Source of the DNA: an uncultured Gammaproteobacteria bacterium | GTDB taxonomy: Bacteria > Pseudomonadota > Gammaproteobacteria > Pseudomonadales > Endozoicomonadaceae | NCBI GenBank assembly: GCA_929200395.1 | Contig: CAKMZJ010000022.1 | Location: 1-24,000, forward strand | Direction of reading: 5' to 3' | Length of the DNA: 24,000 nt | Shown here: piece after piece, positions 1 through 7,591 of the stretch | Numbering within the stretch: the first letter of the stretch is position 1 | How the letters are laid out: each line of letters starts with the position of its first letter | Translations under genes and position numbers: made by a program | Notes under the pieces: model-generated | Database searches by the model: none | Seen by the model: only the letters and a program-made list of their open reading frames with translations | What the model was told of the DNA's origin: nothing

Positions 1-69
1 AATGTTAGGGTTATCAAATATTTTACTATATATTCCTTATGCCTAAATAAGAGGTATATACACGTGGCA

Positions 70-99
70 GTTGGAAATGCGGGTTTTCAGCAAGTGATT
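70..99 (+). repeat. Copy 1 of a recurring intergenic motif (gttggaaatgcgggttttcagcaagtgatt)
   Basis: 25 of 30 positions are identical to 17208-17237, and the first 21 nt are related to the reverse complement of 11346-11366. Confidence 0.6.
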
Positions 100-316
100 A
101 TAAGTTTTTAGCCAAGGCAGTGTTAGTGTCGACTAAATCAAGAAATACTAACGCAGGATAAAAGCTTAGAAGCCTTGCCCTATGGGGGCTATTAAAAAGA
201 TTTACTTCATCGTTAAAACACTTTGAAATGCACTTGCATTCCTGCAGTATTTTGCCTCGAATTAAACCATTTTACTTAGCCCAGAAACCTAGCATTTTCA
301 TCTGCCACGCGCATAT

Positions 317-628
317 TTATTCATACACAATTATATCTTTATTTCTCTTTATAGTCCATTCGCCAATATTTTTTACTTCAATTAAATCATCTGCATTTTT
401 AAACTTACCTTTGCTCTTTCGATATGCAACAATCTCTTGAGCTGTAATTTCCCCTACGCCGTTCAAGTTAGTACTTAGCTCTTCTGCAGAAGCCGTATTG
501 ACATTAACTTTCGACATGGGTTCTTGCATGTTTTTTCCCATGGTATCCATCATTTTTTCTTCGGCAATAACATTAATATGATAGATTCCAGAAATTAGAA
601 TTAAAACAGTTAATAATCTTTTTATCAT
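317..628 (-). CDS. comEA: ComEA-family helix-hairpin-helix DNA-binding protein (small, exported)
   Basis: 103-aa ORF with a hydrophobic N-terminal signal-like segment (MIKRLLTVLILISG). The C-terminal VNVNTASAEEL...GVGEITAQEIVAYRKSKGKFKNADDLIEVKNIG fits the ComEA tandem HhH signature. Confidence 0.8.
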   Translation of the reverse strand: MIKRLLTVLILISGIYHINVIAEEKMMDTMGKNMQEPMSKVNVNTASAEELSTNLNGVGEITAQEIVAYRKSKGKFKNADDLIEVKNIGEWTIKRNKDIIVYE

Positions 629-994
629 TATTTTAACCTCAAACTCAAATTAGTTTATTATTATTTTATTTAATCTAACAATATGCGTGATGCGTGTTTT
701 GGTGTATCTCACCTCCTATTTGATAACTACATTACTTGTTTATTAAAAAAATAGTTGTAATAATAAAAATAAAAGTGTAGCATCTTCGATTGGTTGATAG
801 GCTTCATTAAAAATCGACAAAAAAATTATGTTTTTTAGCAAAAACATTTGTTTTTTATTGAAAACTTGATAGAATATCGGGCTAATGCTTGTGCAACCTG
901 TTTAAAAGCTAATAAAAATAGCATTTAAAGTATTTTAATTGTAAACCTAAAATTGTAAATTAACATTGAAATGTAGATAAACTAAAGCTAATTT

Positions 995-1411
995 ATGGAA
1001 CAGCTAATAGAATTCAGCCTCAATCACCCATTTTTAATTGGTACTTTAGTATCACTCGTTTTGCTTTTGTTATTTGTAGAAAGCAAACAGTCGGCTGTGG
1101 GAGTTTCTCCCTTAAAGCTAGTGAATATGGTTAATAATGAGTCAGCTATTGTAATAGATATAAGAGAAAAAAAAGAATATCAGAAAGGAAGTATACTAAA
1201 TTCGGTACACATACCCTTTACTAATTTTCAACAGTCAATATCTAAAATATCTCACTATAAAGATACCGCTTTGGTAATAGTAGATTCAGTAGGACATAAC
1301 TCTACTAGTATTTCACAAATATTAAAGAAGAATGGCTTTAAAGATATTTCTCGACTAAAAGGTGGGATCGCTAGCTGGACAGCTGAAAATCTTCCTTTGG
1401 TGAAATCTTAA
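995..1411 (+). CDS. yibN: Membrane-anchored rhodanese-homology protein, YibN-like
   Basis: 138-aa ORF with an N-terminal TM helix (FLIGTLVSLVLLLLFV) followed by a rhodanese fold pattern (VIDIREKKEYQKGSILNSVHIP...LVIVDSVGHNST...LKGGIASW). It lies directly upstream of secB, as yibN does in enterobacteria. Asp sits where the catalytic Cys loop is expected (IVD-SVGHNS), so it is probably not a sulfurtransferase. Confidence 0.7.
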   Translation: MEQLIEFSLNHPFLIGTLVSLVLLLLFVESKQSAVGVSPLKLVNMVNNESAIVIDIREKKEYQKGSILNSVHIPFTNFQQSISKISHYKDTALVIVDSVGHNSTSISQILKKNGFKDISRLKGGIASWTAENLPLVKS

Positions 1412-1510
1412 CTTTATTTAAACATAACTATTTGATAAGTATAATATTTAAAATATTTTGACTTTATCAATATCTGTTTATGGTAAATTATTACAAAATT
1501 GGAACCCTTG

Positions 1511-1993
1511 ATGACTACCGAAAGCAAAAAACAAAATAGTTATTTTGCACTTGAGCGCATATATATAAAAGATGCTTCTTTTGAATCTCCAAAATCACCA
1601 GAAGTATTTAAAAAACAGTGGAATCCTGAAGTCAAAGTAGATCTCAGTAACACTAGCAGAAAGCTAGGAGACAACTTATATGAAGCAGTATTATCAATTA
1701 CTGTAACAGTTGTTGAATCTAAAAAAGAAGAACAGCAAGAAGAAGATAAAAGTTCTACTATTTTTGTAACTGAAATTCAACAAGCAGGTATATTTAAAAT
1801 TGAAGGCGTAAATGACGCTAAAATATTAGATCATACTTTATCGGTATTTTGTCTTAATATCTTGTTTCCATATGCTCGTGAAGCTATAGATAACATGGTT
1901 ACTCGTGGTAACTTCCCTCCTCTTATGATAGCACCTATTAATTTTGATTCGCTATATCAAAGTAAAAAGCAAGCAGCTGATAAAGAATCTTAA
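1511..1993 (+). CDS. secB: Protein-export chaperone SecB
   Basis: FALERIYIKDASFESPKSPEVFKKQWNPEVKVDL and NILFPYAREAIDNMVTRGNFPPLMIAPINFDSLY are hallmark SecB blocks. The ORF track opens at a TTG (1499), but the ATG at 1511 gives an N-terminal length like E. coli SecB. Confidence 0.9.
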   Translation: MTTESKKQNSYFALERIYIKDASFESPKSPEVFKKQWNPEVKVDLSNTSRKLGDNLYEAVLSITVTVVESKKEEQQEEDKSSTIFVTEIQQAGIFKIEGVNDAKILDHTLSVFCLNILFPYAREAIDNMVTRGNFPPLMIAPINFDSLYQSKKQAADKES

Positions 1994-2143
1994 TATTAGT
2001 TTTTAAAAAACATGTATAGGGTAATGCAGATTACTTTACACTACAGTTGATACTTGGTATACAGTAGCTATATGCCTTATACTTAAGGTGTGTATATACA
2101 CAAGTATCTATTCTGTGTTTTAATCTTAGCGAGAAACTAAATT

Positions 2144-2347
2144 ATGGCGCTTATTTCAGTTAACGATAAACCTGTTGATGTAGATCATTACACTAATATA
2201 AAATCATTGTTAAAGAAGCTTAATACTACCATATCTGGAATTGCTATAGCAGTAAATTCAAAATTAATATCGCCTACACAATGGCAAGATACTATTTTAC
2301 AAGATGGCGATAAAGTATTAATCATAACTGCAACCGCAGGTGGGTAA
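2144..2347 (+). CDS. thiS: Thiamine-biosynthesis sulfur carrier ThiS
   Basis: 67-aa ubiquitin-like-sized ORF ending in Gly-Gly (ITATAGG*), directly upstream of thiG and thiH. Confidence 0.85.
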   Translation: MALISVNDKPVDVDHYTNIKSLLKKLNTTISGIAIAVNSKLISPTQWQDTILQDGDKVLIITATAGG

Positions 2348-2479
2348 TTTGTTAGCTGCAACAATATAGATCTTGATTTAATCCGGCTATAATGGTAGTT
2401 TTCTTATTGAAAAAACTAAAACTTCTTGCTAAAAAATGTATTTTCAAATTTAAGGTATGCCCTTCTCTAGAGAGTTATC

Positions 2480-3268
2480 ATGTTAAATATAGCAAACATA
2501 GAGTTTTCCTCAAGACTATTTCTTGGTACTGGAAAATTTGCTTCTCATACAACAATGTCTAAAGCAATTAAAGCATCGGCTAGCCAATTAGTCACGGTAG
2601 CATTAAAGCGTTTAGATTTTAATGAAATCAATGAAAATATTCTAGATTATTTACCAATGCACCAAATTAGGTTATTACCTAATACTTCTGGAGCCAAAAC
2701 AGCAGATGAAGCTATATTTGCCGCTCAATTAGCAAGAGAAGCACTAAAAACTAACTTATTAAAATTAGAAATACATCCAGATAACAAATATTTATTACCT
2801 GATCCAATAGAAACCCTTAAAGCCTGTGAAAAATTAGTAAAATTAGGTTTTACTGTACTACCTTATATTCATGCTGACCCTGTTTTATGTAAAAGATTAG
2901 AAGATGTTGGTGCTGCTGCGGTAATGCCTTTAGGATCACCTATTGGTAGTAATTTAGGGTTGCTAACTGAAGATTTTTTAAAGATTATAATTGATCAATC
3001 TAATGTACCTGTTATTGTTGATGCTGGTATCGGAAAACCTTCAGATGCAGCAAAAGCAATGGAATTAGGCGCTGATGCAGTTTTAGTAAATACTGCCATC
3101 GCCATAGCAAAAGATCCAATTGCAATGGCAACAGCTTTTAGAGATGCTGTTATTGCAGGAAGAATAGCATACTTTAATAGTTCAAATATAAACAATGCAG
3201 AATTAACTGCTCAAGCATCTAGCCCAATTACTAGTTTTTTGGATATTCTCGATGACATACCTCAATGA
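2480..3268 (+). CDS. thiG: Thiazole synthase ThiG
   Basis: FLGTGKF...LVTVALKR...[14 protein letters not shown]...[20 protein letters not shown]...[36 protein letters not shown]...[29 protein letters not shown] are typical ThiG blocks. Confidence 0.95.
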   Translation: MLNIANIEFSSRLFLGTGKFASHTTMSKAIKASASQLVTVALKRLDFNEINENILDYLPMHQIRLLPNTSGAKTADEAIFAAQLAREALKTNLLKLEIHPDNKYLLPDPIETLKACEKLVKLGFTVLPYIHADPVLCKRLEDVGAAAVMPLGSPIGSNLGLLTEDFLKIIIDQSNVPVIVDAGIGKPSDAAKAMELGADAVLVNTAIAIAKDPIAMATAFRDAVIAGRIAYFNSSNINNAELTAQASSPITSFLDILDDIPQ

Positions 3269-4379
3269 GTTTAATAAAATATCTTGGGATGATATAAAGC
3301 TAGACATAAATGCTACTACTAGGCAACAAGTACTAATTGCTTTAAATAAAAAAAAGCCAGATTTTAACGATTTTTTAGCTTTGCTATCACCTGTAGCAAG
3401 CGATTTTTTAGCTATCATGGTTAATAAAAGCCTAGAAATAACTAGAAAACGCTTTGGTAGCGTAATGCAAATGTTTATTCCTTTATATTTATCGAACAAA
3501 TGCTCTAATATATGTACGTATTGCGGTTATAGTCTTAACAATAAAGTACCAAGAAAGTCGTTGAATATAGAAGAAATAAAACAAGAGGTTGATGCTATAA
3601 AAAAAATGGGATTTGATCATATACTATTAGTAACAGGTGAAGCTGGTAATATAGGGACAGATTACTTTGCTAAAGCATTAGAAGTTATCAAGCCTCATTT
3701 TTCACATATAAGTTTAGAATCACAACCTTTAGCAGAAGCAGAATACGCAAGACTAAAACAATTAGGATTAGACGCAGTTTTTGTTTATCAAGAAAGCTAC
3801 AACCAACATTGTTATAAGTCGTATCACTTATATGGTAAAAAAACTAATTTTAATTACCGCTTAGAAACTCCAGATCGTATAGGCAAATCAGGCGTAGATA
3901 AAATAGGACTCGGATTTTTAATAGGTTTATCTGATCAGTGGCGTACTGAAGCTGCTATTATGGCTAATCATTTAGATTACCTAGAAAAAAGCTATTGGAA
4001 GTGTCGTTACTCAATATCTTTACCTAGACTAAGACCAACTAAAGCTAATCAAACAAGTAATTCCTATATAACAAATAAACAATTGTTACAATTAATTTGT
4101 GCATATAGAATTTATAATAACACTGTTGAAATTTCTCTCTCTACTAGAGAGTCTCCTGAATTACGCGATTTTTTATTGCCTTTAGGGGTAACTTCAATAA
4201 GTGCATGTTCTAAAACCTCACCAGGAGGTTATGCCCAAAATAAAAATGATAAAGCAAATTTAGAGCAGTTTACGATTTCTGATGATCGCTCAATTAACGA
4301 TATTATGCAGTCTATTAAAAAAGCAGGGTTGGATCCAGTAAAAAAAGACTGGGATTATTTTTACACAGCTTCAAATTAA
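3252..4379 (+). CDS. thiH: 2-iminoacetate synthase ThiH (radical SAM)
   Basis: Radical-SAM cluster motif [10 protein letters not shown], and an N-terminus ([11 protein letters not shown]...LALLSPVA) like enterobacterial ThiH. The 17-nt overlap with the thiG 3' end suggests translational coupling. Confidence 0.9.
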   Translation: MTYLNEFNKISWDDIKLDINATTRQQVLIALNKKKPDFNDFLALLSPVASDFLAIMVNKSLEITRKRFGSVMQMFIPLYLSNKCSNICTYCGYSLNNKVPRKSLNIEEIKQEVDAIKKMGFDHILLVTGEAGNIGTDYFAKALEVIKPHFSHISLESQPLAEAEYARLKQLGLDAVFVYQESYNQHCYKSYHLYGKKTNFNYRLETPDRIGKSGVDKIGLGFLIGLSDQWRTEAAIMANHLDYLEKSYWKCRYSISLPRLRPTKANQTSNSYITNKQLLQLICAYRIYNNTVEISLSTRESPELRDFLLPLGVTSISACSKTSPGGYAQNKNDKANLEQFTISDDRSINDIMQSIKKAGLDPVKKDWDYFYTASN

Positions 4380-4415
4380 ATTATATCTTGTGAATATGAT
4401 TTTAAAGCATTAGTT

Positions 4416-6302
4416 TTACACTGTCGGACTAAGTTTAAGTTGCCCCTTTATTATACGGTTATTATCTGGGTTTTCAAAATCGTATTCAATTTCAGTGGTA
4501 ACTTCATATGGGCATACATGCCTGAATGCTATGTCATCAGTAATAAAAGTAATTTTTCCAGATAAGCTGGTTTTAATTATTATTTTATCATCGCTTGTTT
4601 TATAAAATGTTATATTAAATTTTCTATCTTCATTTGGTAGTGCAATAGCAGGAGCTTTATGATTGAAGGCATCATTCAATTTTTCCATAACATATGACAT
4701 AGCTAATATTGCGGGAGCTGCGGCGGCAGCTTGGGATTGCTCTTTTAATAGAAAGTTAGTAATTTCTGAATTATCTTTAGCTAGAAACTTTTTAATTTGA
4801 GCGCGTCGGTACTGTACAAGTTCAGTTTTTATTTCTTCTAATTCATGTGATTTATCAGCATATTCTTTAGTACTTTGGTCAAGACTTGTTAGTTCAGCGT
4901 TGCATGTTTTTAGCTTTTTAGTCATTTCTACTGCTTCTAGATCTGAGCTATTCCAAACTGGCTTATTATTTTCAAAGAATTCTATATGTGGATCATATCT
5001 AACTATGTCTACTAGAAAGTCAGAATCTGCTGTTTTTTTGGAACATGTAATTTTATGCAAATGCTCATCAATGAAATTCTTCATATAAAATAAAGAATCA
5101 TTAGCTGTAAAACTTCGTATATCATTACCACCAGCGTTTACTTGAAATTCTATATGATTTTCTAATGCTTTTTCCATCATATTTTTACATTTTTTAGCCT
5201 GTATTTTATCAGCCTCAATAGCACTATTTATTACCATATTAACAAAACTAATTGTATTATTTATAAAAGTTAGCAGATCAGATGGAGTTGGTTCTTTCCT
5301 GCTATTCTTCTTAAAATAATAAATAGATTTATCTATAAACATTTTATTAAAATCTTCTTGAGAGCAAGATGACATTTTTGTTAAAGTGTCAATATCACAA
5401 GCAGATTTAGAATATTTTTTAAAAAAATCATGAAAAGAGTTATCTAGTCGTTTTTGTTCTTTATTGAGTGTGCGGCGCAGATGAGATTTTAAACTACCAA
5501 ACAATCCTTTTTGTTGTGTTTTTTTAGCATTATTTTTATTAGTAACAGCTAAATCTGGTTGTATAGGGGCATATGCCGTGTCACTAGGTAGTTTTTTGTT
5601 TTCAGGTTTTTCTGGGATCTGATCTTCTATAACGGTATTTTTATCTTGATGTTCATATTTTTTAGTCAGTATGCTTTCTGTTTCTGTTTCTATTGTTAAT
5701 TCAGCGTCTCTATTATCTTCAAAGGGGTTGTTATCTTTAAGAGGTATTTCGGTTAGAATAGAGTCATTATCGATTGCAGGTTTCTCTGAAATCTGATCTT
5801 CTATAGCGGTATTTTTATCTTGATGTTCGCCTTCTTCAGTAGTTATATTTTGTGTTTCTGTATCTATTATTATTTCAGTATCTTTATTATCTTTAAAGGG
5901 TTCGCTATCTTCACGAGGTATTTCAGCTACAATATAGTCTTTATCGTTTGTAGGAATTATAGGTATTCTTTGCTTTAGTTTAGCTAGTGGCAGAAATTTA
6001 GAAAGGATATATGCAAAAAAAGAATCTATTTTATCACAAATATAGCTAAATACTGAAACTACAGCTTCTACACATAATTTTAAAATACCATGAAGCTTGT
6101 TTATAATTGAAGCGGATTTAATGTCTCTTTCACTAAGGTGTGTTTGTTCACTAGCGGTATCTTCCCTATTAACAGTAGGAATTCTTTTTATGGTATTATT
6201 TTTATTATCAAGGTTGGTTTTTTCTTCAGTAGCTACTTTATCAAATTCATTGTTTAGTGTTTTTCCTAGGTTTGACCTAGAGCTAGGTTTTTGTACAGCC
6301 AT
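4416..6302 (-). CDS. Hypothetical 628-aa protein with internal tandem repeat; candidate secreted effector
   Basis: Long ORF with AAGGAG 7 nt upstream of the ATG and no family recognised. It has a polar N-terminus, an amphipathic/hydrophobic segment (res 71-106), two copies of a 58-aa acidic repeat, and a Lys/Glu-rich predicted helical C-terminal half. Confidence 0.6.
   Translation of the reverse strand: MAVQKPSSRSNLGKTLNNEFDKVATEEKTNLDNKNNTIKRIPTVNREDTASEQTHLSERDIKSASIINKLHGILKLCVEAVVSVFSYICDKIDSFFAYILSKFLPLAKLKQRIPIIPTNDKDYIVAEIPREDSEPFKDNKDTEIIIDTETQNITTEEGEHQDKNTAIEDQISEKPAIDNDSILTEIPLKDNNPFEDNRDAELTIETETESILTKKYEHQDKNTVIEDQIPEKPENKKLPSDTAYAPIQPDLAVTNKNNAKKTQQKGLFGSLKSHLRRTLNKEQKRLDNSFHDFFKKYSKSACDIDTLTKMSSCSQEDFNKMFIDKSIYYFKKNSRKEPTPSDLLTFINNTISFVNMVINSAIEADKIQAKKCKNMMEKALENHIEFQVNAGGNDIRSFTANDSLFYMKNFIDEHLHKITCSKKTADSDFLVDIVRYDPHIEFFENNKPVWNSSDLEAVEMTKKLKTCNAELTSLDQSTKEYADKSHELEEIKTELVQYRRAQIKKFLAKDNSEITNFLLKEQSQAAAAAPAILAMSYVMEKLNDAFNHKAPAIALPNEDRKFNITFYKTSDDKIIIKTSLSGKITFITDDIAFRHVCPYEVTTEIEYDFENPDNNRIIKGQLKLSPTV
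5604..5933 (-). repeat. Two tandem copies of a 174-nt (58-aa) coding repeat inside the 628-aa ORF
   Basis: Res 124-175 (IVAEIPREDSEPFKDNKDTEIIIDTETQNITTEEGEHQDKNTAIEDQISEKP) matches res 182-233 (ILTEIPLKDNNPFEDNRDAELTIETETESILTKKYEHQDKNTVIEDQIPEKP). The DNA-level match is visible, e.g. atctgatcttctata.cggtatttttatcttgatgttc near 5617 and 5791. Confidence 0.85.
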
Positions 6303-6451
6303 ATCACACTCCTTGTTTAAATGCTTTCATGAGATATTTAAACTATGGCATTTTGTATTTTAATCTGCGAGTCTGGTATTATATTTTATTGAGGTAATAA
6401 CTTGACACTTATAACAACATAATAGCATTTTTCTACTAAATAATCAATAAC

Positions 6452-7462
6452 TCATAATAAGCTTTTAAATAGCTTTTCTCTTACACTTTTACGAAATTTT
6501 CTTGGGGTTAATTGGCACTCTCTTTTAAATAATTTAGAAAAATAAACAGAATCTAAATATCCAACAGCTTGTGATATTTCAGCTATTGTTAAATTAGTGT
6601 TTTTGAGTAAGTCTCTGGCTTGATCAAGCCGTACTCCAAGTATATAGCGCTTTGGTGAGCATCCTGTAGCTACCTTAAATCTCCTATTTAAAGTTCTTAA
6701 TTCCATTTTACTTTTTGCACATAAAGCTTCGGTGGTTATGTTATTATTGTAATTTTCATGTATCCAGCTTTGCAGGCTAGCTATAGATTCATCTGTATGC
6801 ACGGAATTAGCTTCTACCGAGAAATAAATCTCATTAAAGGATCTTCGTATCTCATGAGAAAACTGTTGTTCTATTTTTGATGCTATACTTCTACCATAGG
6901 ATCTTTCAATTAAATGGACAATTAAATCAGCAACCGAGTTAACGCTGCCGACACAATATAGATTGTCTGCTTGAGTGATTAAATGATTGGGTTTAAAATT
7001 TATACTAGGATAGGTATGCTGTAGTTTATTTAAATAATACCAATGAGTAGTTGCTGGTTTACCATTTAATAATCCAGCTTCAGCAAGAAAAACTACCCCA
7101 GTTCCCGATGCAACTATAGTTGCTCCATTATGATATTGATTTTTAACCCAATTTATTACCTCAGGATTTTTCTTCATTATAACAAGTGGATTTCGCCACA
7201 AGGCAGGTATTAATATAAGATTAGTAGTTTTACTATTCGTAAATATGGAATCAGGGGTTAGTTTTAGAATACCTAAAGTGCTAACTTCTTTAGTGTCTTT
7301 AGAATAAAAATTTACTGATATTGAGCTATTTTCTGTTTCTGAAAACTTCAGGCGAAAATAGCTATTAGCAGCTTTAATCATCTCAAGGGGTAAGCTAATA
7401 CTGGTAAGTATCATGTTGTTAATTAATGGAATAGATATCTGATTAAATAAGTATTTGCTCAT
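6452..7462 (-). CDS. GlxA-family transcriptional regulator (DJ-1/PfpI-like N-domain + AraC HTH)
   Basis: The N-terminal half has the GATase1-like pattern (IPALWRNP...TIVASGTGVVFLAEAGLLNGKPATTHWYY). The C-terminal half is an AraC-type HTH (TTEALCAKSKMELRTLNRRFK...LTIAEISQAVGYLDSVYFSKLFKRECQLTPRKFR). Confidence 0.85.
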   Translation of the reverse strand: MSKYLFNQISIPLINNMILTSISLPLEMIKAANSYFRLKFSETENSSISVNFYSKDTKEVSTLGILKLTPDSIFTNSKTTNLILIPALWRNPLVIMKKNPEVINWVKNQYHNGATIVASGTGVVFLAEAGLLNGKPATTHWYYLNKLQHTYPSINFKPNHLITQADNLYCVGSVNSVADLIVHLIERSYGRSIASKIEQQFSHEIRRSFNEIYFSVEANSVHTDESIASLQSWIHENYNNNITTEALCAKSKMELRTLNRRFKVATGCSPKRYILGVRLDQARDLLKNTNLTIAEISQAVGYLDSVYFSKLFKRECQLTPRKFRKSVREKLFKSLL

Positions 7463-7549
7463 ATTGTTTAATCGCTGTCTTTAATGTTTGGTTTTGTGTC
7501 TTTTTTGTCATGCTTTTTTTTCGTATAAAAGTATATAGTAGAGGGTGTA

Positions 7550-7555
7550 TATAAT
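7550..7555 (+). promoter_or_regulatory. Candidate -10 hexamer TATAAT for the ketoacyl synthase gene
   Basis: Exact TATAAT 37 nt upstream of the TTG start, in the divergent regulator/synthase intergenic region. I found no convincing -35. Confidence 0.3.
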
Positions 7556-7591
7556 ATAGCAACTAATTCATTAACAAAAGGAGATCTTCTG

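Noticed and set aside
1-111. Frame-1 reading frame open from the window edge to a TAG at 109-111 (..HVAVGNAGFQQVIISF*), possibly the 3' end of a gene
   Set aside because: It is only 36 codons with no recognisable motif, and it contains the recurring intergenic motif, whose other copies are non-coding. Evidence is insufficient to call a CDS.
108-121. The string agccaaggcag matches part of the conserved domain IV of 4.5S/SRP RNA
   Set aside because: The flanking sequence lacks the rest of the conserved SRP helix 8 (GGUCAGGUCCGGAAGGAAGCAGCC...) and the symmetric pairing partner. I take it to be a chance 11-mer.
228-440. 70-aa plus-strand ORF from the track
   Set aside because: It overlaps the well-supported comEA-like gene on the opposite strand. 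It has a low-complexity hydrophobic translation and no Shine-Dalgarno site, which is typical of an antisense shadow ORF in AT-rich DNA.
2995-3499. Two minus-strand ORFs (2995-3195, 3203-3499) antisense to thiG and thiH
   Set aside because: They are fully embedded in confidently identified genes and have no recognisable motifs. They are shadow ORFs.
4900-6363. Plus-strand ORFs 4900-5088 and 6097-6363
   Set aside because: They are antisense to the 628-aa ORF or its start region, short, Phe/Leu/Ser-rich and without a ribosome-binding site.
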